From: an uncultured bacterium
GTDB taxonomy: Bacteria > Lernaellota > Lernaellaia > Lernaellales > Lernaellaceae
DNA: 21,010 nt
Assembly (NCBI GenBank): GCA_964534375.1
Contig: CAZHPN010000097.1
Coordinates: forward strand, 1-21,010
Reading direction: 5' to 3'
A program made the position numbers and the translations under genes. Below the pieces are notes generated by a model that did no database searches, was not told where the DNA came from, and was given only the letters and a program-made list of their open reading frames with translations. Shown here piece after piece: positions 1-8,027 of this stretch (position 1 is the first letter of the stretch; each line of letters opens with the position of its first letter).

Positions 1-160
1 AGGCAAATCCGCTTTTCCAAGCGTCGCCGCTCTTTATCCTAAAGCCTATGCCGCGACGGGGAGGCGTTGGGGAGGGGTCGCGCCTGGCGGCAGCCAAACC
101 CAATTTTTTGCCGCAGGCCCGCGGCTGCGCCGCTCACGGTCAAATGAATCCTCGCCGCGC

Positions 161-676
161 TTACGCCAACTTCTTTGCGGCGGCCAGCGCCGCGTCGTAA
201 TCCGGCTCGCGGCCCGCTTCGGGCAGGAGTTGCGTGTAGCGGACGACGCCCGCCTTGTCGATGACAAAGACCGCGCGCGCCAGCAACCGCGGCTCCTTCA
301 TCAGCACGCCGAACGCTTTGCCCAGCGCCGTTTCGCGATGGTCGGACAAGGTGCGGACCTTGTCGATGCCGGCCGCGCCGCACCAACGTTTTTGCGTAAA
401 CGGCAGATCGACGCTGACGGTGACGATGGCGATGTCGTCGCCCAACTCCGCGGCGCGTTTGTTGAACGTGCGCGTTTCCGTGTCGCAGACCGACGTTTCG
501 AGCGAAAGGACAGTCGAGACGATCAGTCGTTTGCCGAAAAACGACGACAGCTTCACCGGGCGACCGCTATTGTCGACCAGTTCGGCGTCGGGCGCCTTGT
601 CGCCGACTTTCAATTCGTCGCCCACCAGCGTCACGGGCGCGCCCCCGACAGTCACACGGCCGGTTCTTTCCGTCAT
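161..676 (-). CDS. tpx: Thiol peroxidase (Tpx-type atypical 2-Cys peroxiredoxin), 171 aa
   Basis: GDELKVGDKAPD, SLETSVC (peroxidatic Cys), SVDLPFTQKRWC (resolving Cys), LSDH, LLARAVFVID, EPDYDAAL. ATG at 676 is preceded by the AAGGAGG RBS. Confidence 0.95.
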   Translation of the reverse strand: MTERTGRVTVGGAPVTLVGDELKVGDKAPDAELVDNSGRPVKLSSFFGKRLIVSTVLSLETSVCDTETRTFNKRAAELGDDIAIVTVSVDLPFTQKRWCGAAGIDKVRTLSDHRETALGKAFGVLMKEPRLLARAVFVIDKAGVVRYTQLLPEAGREPDYDAALAAAKKLA

Positions 677-763
677 GGCATTTCCTCCTTCTGAGATCTC
701 ACGTTTATTGAACGGAAAGTAATCACGCGGCCGCAAGGCGGCAACGCGCGGCGGGAAATTCGT

Positions 764-2356
764 TCAGGCGGCGGGGGCGGGCGCCGGCGGCGCCGGCCGG
801 CCCCGAAGTTGCGCGAGCTTTTTCAGCGCGAGGTCTTTGAGCAGCAAGTACGTCGGCAGCGCCAGGAACAGCACGAGGTAGGCGTAGTTGCCGAAGGTGT
901 AGGCGACGCGGTCGCCGCCGTGCGCGGGGCCGAGTTTGGCTTCGGACAGGTAACAGCCGGCGTTGATCAGGAAGATCGATGCGATCGAGAATGCCGCGAA
1001 GCCGGCGCCGCGCCGATCTTTTCCCGTGACCATGAACATCGTCAGCGAGTGATAATAGTAGCGCGAGGCCGTCATCAGCGCGTAGATCAATCCCTGGCCG
1101 AGCGGAACCGTCCAGTGGTCTTCGTCGGGGCCGCGGATCATCGCCCCGATCGTCAGCGCCGCGAGCAGCACGAACAGCGCCTGATACAAATGGCGCTGAT
1201 CGATGAAAATCTCGGTGCGTTTGTCGATGCTCGTCCAATCCCAGCGATTGGACCACTCCACGGACATCGTGCGCTTCAGGCCGAATTTGTTGCTGTCGAA
1301 CTTCTGGTGCCAGGCGTGCATGGTGATTTTTTCGAAAAATTTCTTCGACGGCGAAATGCCGTGCCCGGCGATCACGCCCAGGCCGATGAAAATCAGGCTG
1401 AACGCGGCGAAGCTGGCGAGGAAGCGGAACGGGGCCCACGGGATGCGCCGCGTGCGAATCAGCTCCCGCAGAAAAACGACGCCCGGGCCGGCGACGAACA
1501 CCACCGGAAAGATCGTCGTGCCCGCGCCCACCGCGAGGGCGGCGCCGGACGCGATCATCTTCCCGCGCCGGTACAGCGCCATGCAGAGCAGCAGGCCGTC
1601 GAGCCAGACGTATTGAAAATACGTGCCGAACACGCTGCCGTTGTAATAGTAGGCGAGGTGCAGGAAGCAAAAGACGAGCAGCGCGGCGTCGAGCCCGGCG
1701 CAAATGCCGACGGCGATCAGCGCCGCCAAGAGCAACACCACGTCCGCGAACAGGCCGACGTGATACGCCGTCTTGCTGCGGGCGTCAATGTACTGCGCCA
1801 ACGGGCTGGCCACCACCTGCCAGAACGGCGGCGGGTTGAAGCCGCGATCGGTCAGCATGCGCTCCCACTGGTTGTCGGGGATGCCGCGGCTGATCGCCAG
1901 CCAATCCTGCTTGAATTCCTCCCAGCGCTTGTCGGTGAACACCAACGGCCGTTTTTGCCGCGCCTGTTCGAGCGCTTCCTCGACCGGCACGAGTTCGTAA
2001 TCTTCCTGGTCGCGAATTTCCGTCTGGTGCTTGAGGTGGCGGAAGCCGGTTTCGAAATCGGCCAGCAGCGAGAAACGGTAGATGTCCGCGTAGCCGAGTT
2101 CGCGGAAATATTTCGCGCCGAAAAAGTAATGGAACGCGCCGCGCCGCTCGGTCTTCCACAGCGACGTCAGCTTCTCGTGCACCATCGACGTGTACACGGT
2201 CGTCGCCATCACCGCGAGCAGGATCGTCGCCGGCCACAGCGGCCAGCGCTTGCGCGCGAGCAGCCAGCGGCCGATCACGATCAGCGCGAGGAACAGGCTG
2301 AGATAGCCGTTGCCCGCCGGCGTCGCCGCCCACTGCAAGAAGGGATTGTGTTGCAC
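764..2356 (-). CDS. Polytopic membrane protein, probable GT-C fold glycosyltransferase-like, ~530 aa
   Basis: N-terminal TM segments, a soluble loop (HYFFGAKYFRELGYADIY ... DRGFNPPPFW), then many TM helices. The GTG start at 2356 is chosen from an upstream GGGAG and a promoter-like motif at 2395-2423. The longer ORF (2647) overlaps the divergent gene. The function is inference. Confidence 0.7.
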   Translation of the reverse strand: MQHNPFLQWAATPAGNGYLSLFLALIVIGRWLLARKRWPLWPATILLAVMATTVYTSMVHEKLTSLWKTERRGAFHYFFGAKYFRELGYADIYRFSLLADFETGFRHLKHQTEIRDQEDYELVPVEEALEQARQKRPLVFTDKRWEEFKQDWLAISRGIPDNQWERMLTDRGFNPPPFWQVVASPLAQYIDARSKTAYHVGLFADVVLLLAALIAVGICAGLDAALLVFCFLHLAYYYNGSVFGTYFQYVWLDGLLLCMALYRRGKMIASGAALAVGAGTTIFPVVFVAGPGVVFLRELIRTRRIPWAPFRFLASFAAFSLIFIGLGVIAGHGISPSKKFFEKITMHAWHQKFDSNKFGLKRTMSVEWSNRWDWTSIDKRTEIFIDQRHLYQALFVLLAALTIGAMIRGPDEDHWTVPLGQGLIYALMTASRYYYHSLTMFMVTGKDRRGAGFAAFSIASIFLINAGCYLSEAKLGPAHGGDRVAYTFGNYAYLVLFLALPTYLLLKDLALKKLAQLRGRPAPPAPAPAA

Positions 2357-2394
2357 GCCCTGTACCGCTCCCCGGTGGTTGCCCAGCCGTGCAG

Positions 2395-2423
2395 GGTGTA
2401 GCAAAATTCGCCGCGGCTGGCAA
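2395..2423 (-). promoter_or_regulatory. Putative sigma70-type promoter for the 764-2356 gene
   Basis: The minus strand reads TTGCCA-17 nt-TACACC with an extended -10 TG (TGcTACACC). Confidence 0.4.
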
Positions 2424-2525
2424 ACCGGGCGCCCGCCGCGCCATCCGCTTGACGCGGCCGGCGCGACGCCGTAGTCATGGATCGACCTCCGCACGTCAAC
2501 TTCCATTTGAGGTCGGGCTTGTTTC

Positions 2526-4286
2526 GTGAATGAAATCGCCGACCGAAGCCGCCGCATCGGCAACGCCGGCGCGCGGTCGCGGGCGCTGGCCGGCGCGCTG
2601 CTGGCCGCGACGCTTCTGGGCGTGTTCGCGGTCCTGGCCTGGCGCAATTCCCAACCGCGAACCGCGTTTCCCTATCCGAATTGCACGTGGGAATACCACG
2701 TGCTGGCCGCCGCCGCCTCCGAGAAGGACGAGGGCTTTTGGCGCTCATACTTCTTGCCGCCCGTCTACACGCCCGATTATTACGCCCCGTGGAAAACGGC
2801 GGTCTACACCCACCTGCCGCCCTTCAGCGAAAACGTTTTCGGCGCGCTGCTCGTCGCCGGCGTCGACACGGTGCACGGTCTGCGCTGGTTCCCGATCTGC
2901 CTGAACGTCGCGGCGCTGGCCGCGCTCTTCGCCGCGCTGGCGTTGCTCAAGAATCGCTGGTTCGCCCTGCTGCTGGTCTGGGCCGTGCTCGCCAATCCGT
3001 TTTTCTGGATGCGGGCGCACGGCCTTTACGAATACGCGTTTCAGTTGCCGCACCAGGCGCTGCTGCTGCTCGGGTTGGCGATCTATTCGCGCTACGCCGC
3101 GCGCTGGGGCATCGCCCTGGCTTTTCTCGCGGCCTTCTGGCAGGGCGAGTGCACGTTCGTCTATCAATTGCAGACCTACTTCATCATTATCGGCTTTCTG
3201 CTGACGGAAAGCCGCGAACGGCAGCGCTGGTATTTTCTCGCGGCGCTCGGCGGGCCGGCCGCGTTTCTCCTGCACTTCGCGCAGGCGGCGCTCTGGCTGC
3301 GGTCGATTTCGAGCGCCGTGCGCGACCTGTTCCTGATTTATCTGCTGCGCGCCAACGCCTCGGGGCCGGATGTCGCGCACGCGGCCAATATCCCGCAGTA
3401 TCACTCGTTCTCCGCGGCGATGGCCGATCTAGCGCGCATTTTGTCGCACGAAACGGGCATCGGCGGCTGGTTCTTCGCGCCGGCCGGCTTCGCTCTCGCG
3501 CTGCTGGCGCTGGCCGCATTGCGCAAGGGCGAGCGGCCGGACCGCGCTAATTTCATTCGCTGCCTGTTCTTGTTCGCCGGGTCGATGCTGTGGTTTCTGG
3601 TGATGCCGGAAGCGTTTCACAACGACCGGCACGCCGCGTTTCATCAACTGTCGCTGGCGCTGGCCGTGTCTCTCGCCGTGCCGGTCTATGCTTTCGGCGC
3701 GCTGGCGAAAGAGGCGGTTGCCGGGAATCGCCGGGCGGCGCCGGCGGCGGCCGTCGTCGGCCTGGTTGCCGCGACGCTGTGCTGGCTCGCCGGCACGGAC
3801 CTGAAAACCTATTGGCAAAAAGAGCGCGCCATCCTCGCGTCGTACACGGAACCGGGCCCGCGGTTCGAGAAATCGTTGCTCGGCGTCGGGCGCTCGGTCG
3901 GCCTCGACGGCGTGGAATGGGTCGGCCTGTTCAGCCGCCAAACGCCGGACGCGGAGAAGTACCGCCGGCGGTCGTGTCGCGAAAACGAAGGCGATTTGTG
4001 CCGGAACCCGACACAAGGTCTGAAATTCTTCGCCTGGGTCGAGCAGCAACCGCGCGCCGTACGCGTTCGGCTAACCTGCGCCGAACCCGGCGACACGCGG
4101 CTCGCCTTTCGGCGCGTCGGGCCGGAGGAAGCGACGGGCGAACTGCTCGGCGAAACCCTCGTTACCCATTTTGCCGGGGGCGAAATCACCGTGCCGTTGG
4201 CGCCGCTGGCGGGCCGGATCTTCACGTTGACGATCGGCCCCGAGGCGTGCGCGTCGTACGTCATCGAGCGGGTGATCGTCGATTGA
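2526..4286 (+). CDS. Polytopic membrane protein (GT-C/ArnT-like architecture) with a C-terminal soluble domain, 586 aa
   Basis: N-terminal TM, periplasmic loop with YTHLPP, ~10 hydrophobic segments, and a ~140-aa Cys-containing beta-rich C-terminus. GTG start with GAGGT upstream. Confidence 0.7.
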   Translation: MNEIADRSRRIGNAGARSRALAGALLAATLLGVFAVLAWRNSQPRTAFPYPNCTWEYHVLAAAASEKDEGFWRSYFLPPVYTPDYYAPWKTAVYTHLPPFSENVFGALLVAGVDTVHGLRWFPICLNVAALAALFAALALLKNRWFALLLVWAVLANPFFWMRAHGLYEYAFQLPHQALLLLGLAIYSRYAARWGIALAFLAAFWQGECTFVYQLQTYFIIIGFLLTESRERQRWYFLAALGGPAAFLLHFAQAALWLRSISSAVRDLFLIYLLRANASGPDVAHAANIPQYHSFSAAMADLARILSHETGIGGWFFAPAGFALALLALAALRKGERPDRANFIRCLFLFAGSMLWFLVMPEAFHNDRHAAFHQLSLALAVSLAVPVYAFGALAKEAVAGNRRAAPAAAVVGLVAATLCWLAGTDLKTYWQKERAILASYTEPGPRFEKSLLGVGRSVGLDGVEWVGLFSRQTPDAEKYRRRSCRENEGDLCRNPTQGLKFFAWVEQQPRAVRVRLTCAEPGDTRLAFRRVGPEEATGELLGETLVTHFAGGEITVPLAPLAGRIFTLTIGPEACASYVIERVIVD

Positions 4287-4293
4287 CCGCCCA

Positions 4294-4322
4294 TTGCTTT
4301 CGCCGCGGCGCTTGGTCATTCT
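4294..4322 (+). promoter_or_regulatory. Putative promoter giving a leaderless transcript for 4329
   Basis: TTGCTT-17 nt-CATTCT ends 6 nt before the ATG at 4329. No Shine-Dalgarno is present. Confidence 0.35.
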
Positions 4323-4328
4323 GCGGCC

Positions 4329-4985
4329 ATGAAAAGCAAGAAACCGGCGTTGCGCCTGCTCCGGCCGAACGACGAGCCGCCGCCGCGGCCGGCGCGTTCG
4401 CCGCTGCGGTTTCTCGGCCTCGCCGCGAGCCCGCGCGCCGGCGGCAACAGCGAGCGGCTGCTTGACGCCTGCCTCGAATTCGCCGCCGGGGCCGGCGCCA
4501 CGGTCGACAAGATTCGCCTGTCCGAGGCGACGATCGCGCCGTGCCGCGCGTGCGAATCGTGCCACGCCGCGGGCCGTTGCCGCATTCACGACGACATGAC
4601 GGCGCTCTACCGCTTGCTGTGGCGGGCCGATGTGACGATCCTCGCCGCGCCGATCTATTTCTACGGCCTCCCGGCGCAGGCCAAGGCCATGGTCGACCGC
4701 TGCCAGGCGCTATGGGCGCGAAAAAAACTGCTCGGGCGGCGCCGGCCGCGGGGGCGAGGGGTCTTGCTGGCCGTCGGCGCGACGCGCGGCGCGCGGCTTT
4801 TCGACGGCGCAACGTTGACCGCCAAGTACTGGATGGACACGTTTTACACGACCCTGGCGGCAACGCGGCTTTACGGCGGCGTCGAGGAAATCGGCGACAT
4901 CGGCCGCCGCCGCGACGCCTTGGCGGACGCCGCAATGTTGGGGCTGCGCCTGGCGAGCGACCGCCGTTTTCGAGAGGACATCTGA
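4329..4985 (+). CDS. Flavodoxin-family / iron-sulfur flavoprotein (NADPH-dependent FMN reductase family), 218 aa
   Basis: ASPRAGGNS FMN loop, CRACESCHAAGRC (CxxCxxCx5C), DDM, AAPIYFYG, KAMVDR. Confidence 0.9.
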   Translation: MKSKKPALRLLRPNDEPPPRPARSPLRFLGLAASPRAGGNSERLLDACLEFAAGAGATVDKIRLSEATIAPCRACESCHAAGRCRIHDDMTALYRLLWRADVTILAAPIYFYGLPAQAKAMVDRCQALWARKKLLGRRRPRGRGVLLAVGATRGARLFDGATLTAKYWMDTFYTTLAATRLYGGVEEIGDIGRRRDALADAAMLGLRLASDRRFREDI

Positions 4986-4986
4986 C

Positions 4987-5466
4987 ATGCCCACACCAGT
5001 CATCGGCCAACCGGCGCCGGATTTTTCGCTCGCGGACGAAGCGGGCCAGTTGCACTCGCTGGCCGAGTTTCGCGGCAAGAACGTCGTGCTTTATTTCTAC
5101 CCGCAGGACGACACGCCGGGCTGCACGAAAGAGGCCTGCGATTTTCGCGACCGCGAGGCCGACTTTAGCGGGAAGAACGCCGTCATCGTCGGCGTCAGCC
5201 CGGATGCCGCCGACAGCCATCAACGCTTTCGCGAAAAGTACGGCCTGCCGTTCTTGCTGCTGGCCGATCCCGCGAAGCAGGCCGTCGGACTTTACGACGT
5301 GTGGCGCGAAAAGAGTTTTGGCGGGAAGACGTTTTTCGGCGTCGAGCGCTCGACGTTTCTCATCGACGAACGCGGCGTCTTGCGCGCGGAGTTCCGCCAC
5401 GTCAAGGTCGACGGCCACGTCGAGCAGATGCTCGCCGCACTCGCCGGCCCCCAAAATGGCGATTGA
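4987..5466 (+). CDS. bcp: Peroxiredoxin BCP/PrxQ, 159 aa
   Basis: GQPAPDF, VVLYFYPQDDTPGCTKEACDFRD, GVSPD, LPFLLLAD, ERSTFLID, VKVDGH. GAGGA RBS, 1 nt after the upstream stop. Confidence 0.95.
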   Translation: MPTPVIGQPAPDFSLADEAGQLHSLAEFRGKNVVLYFYPQDDTPGCTKEACDFRDREADFSGKNAVIVGVSPDAADSHQRFREKYGLPFLLLADPAKQAVGLYDVWREKSFGGKTFFGVERSTFLIDERGVLRAEFRHVKVDGHVEQMLAALAGPQNGD

Positions 5467-5472
5467 GCGCTT

Positions 5473-5515
5473 AATCTTGCCGCAACGCCGTTCCGAGCGG
5501 CGTTACGGCAAGATT
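5473..5515. repeat. Long inverted repeat (20-bp stem, one mismatch, one G-T pair) after bcp
   Basis: AATCTTGCCG-C-AACGCCGTT / AGCGGCGTT-A-CGGCAAGATT. Only a short T run follows, so terminator status is uncertain. Confidence 0.7.
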
Positions 5516-5680
5516 TGACGAGCACCGATTTGGCGAGGTTCGCCGGGCAAGGGCGGCCGCGACCAAATCGATCGCCGCCTGCGGAAACGGCAACTACGAA
5601 AATGGCCAAGTGCTCGATCGCGGCTTTTGGGGCCGGCTGACCCGCTTTCCGACGGCGAAAAAAACGGATAGATATCGTTC

Positions 5681-6937
5681 ATGGCTTCCACGAAAAATCA
5701 TTTCGACGCGGCGATCGTCGGGGCCGGCCCGGCCGGCGCGCATTTGGCCACGCGCCTGGCGCGCGCGGGGGCGTCGGTCGCGCTGTTCGATCCGAAGGCG
5801 CCGTGGGAAAAGCCGTGCGGCGGCGGCATCACGCACAAGGCCTGGTCGCGGTTCCCCTTTTTGCGCGACGACGGCCTGCCGCGGAACGAGGTCTTCCATT
5901 CGCTGCAGATTTCGCCCGGCCGGCGCTTTTTCGTCATCGACCAGGGGCATGCGCTGCTGATGGTGTCGCGGCGCGCGCTCGGCGAACGCATGCTCGGCGA
6001 GGCGATCCGCGCCGGCGCCGTGCATCGGCCGCAAGCTGTGACGCGCGTCGGCATCGACGACGGGCGGCGCCGCGTGTTCGTCGACGGCGACTCGATCACC
6101 GCGGATTTGGTGGTCGGCGCGGACGGCGTGCGGTCGGTCGTGCGCGACGCTTTTCTCGGGCCGCTGCCGAAGGAACGCACGCTCGGCGCGATCTGCCAAT
6201 TCTACGAGGGCGGCCCGGTCGATCCGACGATCGTGCGCGTTACGCCGTTTCCGGGTTATTGCTGGTCGTTCCCGCGGACGGATTGCCTCGGCGTCGGCGC
6301 CGGCGCGATGCAAAAGGGCGGCGATCTCAAGGGCGAACTCCAGCGCTTCCTGCAGGATTTTTACCCCGGCCGCAAACCGCTCGGGCCGCCGCAGGGCGCG
6401 CTGCTGCCGTACATCTACGATTGGCGCGCGTATCGCGAACCGCGCGCCGGCGCGGGCTGGGCGCTGATCGGCGACGCGGCCGGTTTCGTCGACACGCTGA
6501 CGGGCGAGGGCATCGGGTACGCGGTCTGGTCGGCCGACCTGCTGGCCGACGCGATCGTCGCGGGCCGGCCGCCGCAATACGAGGCGGCATGGCGGCGGGC
6601 CTTCGGCTGGCACTTGCTGACGGGGGCGTTCGCGGCGCGCCGCATTTTCACGCCCGGATTGATCGACCGGTTTTTCACGGCGATCACCGTTTGTCCGTCC
6701 TGGCGCGGCGCGTTTATGGATTTCGTGTGGAACCTGCCGCCGTATCAACTCGTGGCGCTGCGCGCGGCGCGGGCGCTGCCGCAAACGCTGCGCGAGTGGC
6801 GCGATTTCCAGCGCGCCGGCGGCCGTCTCGACCCGGCGCTGCTCGGGCCGTTTCGCGATCTTGCCCGCCATGTCGCGGTGGACGGCGATTCGCCGGCCGC
6901 AAATTTGACAAAGACCGGTCGCTTGCCTATCGTTTAG
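5681..6937 (+). CDS. FAD-dependent oxidoreductase, geranylgeranyl reductase family, 418 aa
   Basis: IVGAGPAG, EKPCGGG, VGADGVRS, GYCWSFP, LIGDAAGFVDTLTGEGIGYA. Confidence 0.9.
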   Translation: MASTKNHFDAAIVGAGPAGAHLATRLARAGASVALFDPKAPWEKPCGGGITHKAWSRFPFLRDDGLPRNEVFHSLQISPGRRFFVIDQGHALLMVSRRALGERMLGEAIRAGAVHRPQAVTRVGIDDGRRRVFVDGDSITADLVVGADGVRSVVRDAFLGPLPKERTLGAICQFYEGGPVDPTIVRVTPFPGYCWSFPRTDCLGVGAGAMQKGGDLKGELQRFLQDFYPGRKPLGPPQGALLPYIYDWRAYREPRAGAGWALIGDAAGFVDTLTGEGIGYAVWSADLLADAIVAGRPPQYEAAWRRAFGWHLLTGAFAARRIFTPGLIDRFFTAITVCPSWRGAFMDFVWNLPPYQLVALRAARALPQTLREWRDFQRAGGRLDPALLGPFRDLARHVAVDGDSPAANLTKTGRLPIV

Positions 6938-6974
6938 GCCGTTTATCGCCCCCAATGCGCTGCCGGAGAGAAAC

Positions 6975-7703
6975 ATGAAAGAATTCACGCCCGAGGAATT
7001 GACCCTGTTCAACGGCCAGAACGGCCAGCCGTGCTACGTCGCGTTTCAAGGCAAGGTGTACGACGTCTCCGAGTCGAAACGCTGGCGCAACGGCAAGCAC
7101 ATGCTTAAACACGAGGCCGCCCGCGACCTGACCGCGGCGATCGCCGCGGCGCCGCACGGCGACGAAGTGTTCGCGAAATTCCAAGCGATCGGGACGCTGG
7201 CCGCGGCGCCGCCCGCCGCGGCGGAGGAAGAGATCAAAGCGCCGTGGCCGTTGTCGGTGATTTATCGCAAGTGGCCGTTCGTCAAACGGCATGCGCATCC
7301 GTTCGCCGTGCACTTTCCGCTGGGCCTGGTGCTGGCCGGCTTTTTGTTCCTGCTGATCCACCTGATTTACGGCCGGAGCACGTTGGCCGATTTCGACCGC
7401 ACCAGCTTCCACCTGATCGCGCTGGCGACGCTCTGCGCGCCGTTCGCCGCGCTGACGGGCATGCAATCGTGGTGGCTGTTTTACGGCGCCGGCCGGACCG
7501 GCAAGCTGCTGTTCAAACTGTTTGGCGGCTGGGTGGTTTTCCTGCTCTGCGCCGCGACGACGGCGGTCCACTGGGGCAATCCCTACCTCGTCTCCGAATC
7601 GCTCGGCGCTCTTTCGTTCGTATACATCGTGCTCTATGCCATGGCGGCCGCGGCCGTGTTGGCGGTCGGGTTTGTCGGCGGGCAATTGACGTTTCCGGAG
7701 TAG
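6975..7703 (+). CDS. Cytochrome b5-like heme-binding domain fused to a 4-TM DUF2231-like domain, 242 aa
   Basis: FTPEEL..FNG, YVAFQGKVYDVS, GKH..KH, APHG (b5 fold), then HPFAVHFPLG and four TM segments. GGAG RBS. Confidence 0.85.
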   Translation: MKEFTPEELTLFNGQNGQPCYVAFQGKVYDVSESKRWRNGKHMLKHEAARDLTAAIAAAPHGDEVFAKFQAIGTLAAAPPAAAEEEIKAPWPLSVIYRKWPFVKRHAHPFAVHFPLGLVLAGFLFLLIHLIYGRSTLADFDRTSFHLIALATLCAPFAALTGMQSWWLFYGAGRTGKLLFKLFGGWVVFLLCAATTAVHWGNPYLVSESLGALSFVYIVLYAMAAAAVLAVGFVGGQLTFPE

Positions 7704-7851
7704 GGCTAAACACAGAGGGCACAGAAGAAGTCACAGAGGCACAGGGAAGGTACTACTCTTGATTTATTACCAATAACCGAAATTACTCTGTACTACTGTC
7801 TCTCGCTTTCTTGTTGTGGCGCAAAGATTTTCGCTGCCCGTTGCTGCACCT

Positions 7852-7887
7852 GGGAATAATGGGACTTATGGGACCAATGGGACTCAT
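7852..7887 (+). repeat. 9-mer tandem repeat x4
   Basis: GGGAATAAT GGGACTTAT GGGACCAAT GGGACTCAT. Confidence 0.9.
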
Positions 7888-7955
7888 GCGATTTTCGGCG
7901 CCACGCCCGTTCGCCAACCGGGCGCAATAAAACCACGCAGGCCCCGCCTCGGTTC

Positions 7956-7986
7956 ATTCCGCATTCCGCAATCCGCGTTCCGCAAT
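7956..7986 (+). repeat. 7-mer tandem repeat x4
   Basis: ATTCCGC ATTCCGC AATCCGC GTTCCGC AAT. Confidence 0.9.
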
Positions 7987-8027
7987 TTGGTCGCGGCTCT
8001 GCCGCGTAGTGCCCTCTGTGTTTAAAT

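Larger units (their letters stand above)
7792..8006. mobile_element. Putative non-autonomous asymmetric insertion element, copy A (215 bp)
   Basis: Starts ACTACTGTC after host CTCTGT and ends TTTGGTCGCGGC-TCT-GCCGCG. It has the same ends and insertion point as 16905-17110. Confidence 0.6.
7707..8024. repeat. Palindromic CACAGAG host repeat, copy 1, with a perfect 16-bp terminal inverted repeat and an internal insertion
   Basis: TAAACACAGAGGGCAC (7707-7722) and GTGCCCTCTGTGTTTA (8009-8024). The left arm has four ACAG units. It fills the whole space between convergent genes. Confidence 0.85.

Noticed and set aside
692..745. TGAGATCTCA palindrome and GCCGC-AAG-GCGGC hairpin upstream of tpx
   Set aside because: These are short, single occurrences that cannot be distinguished from chance. 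The similarity to the element end lacks the ACCAAA signature.
2357..2647. N-terminal extension of the 627-aa ORF
   Set aside because: It overlaps the divergent gene and promoter region. The RBS and promoter favour GTG 2356.
7704..8027. CRISPR array or classical MITE interpretation of the repeats
   Set aside because: There are no constant 23-50 bp repeats with unique spacers and no cas genes. The 16-bp inverted repeat is part of a longer tandem-unit palindrome, and copy 2 shows it is a split arm with no convincing flanking target duplication.
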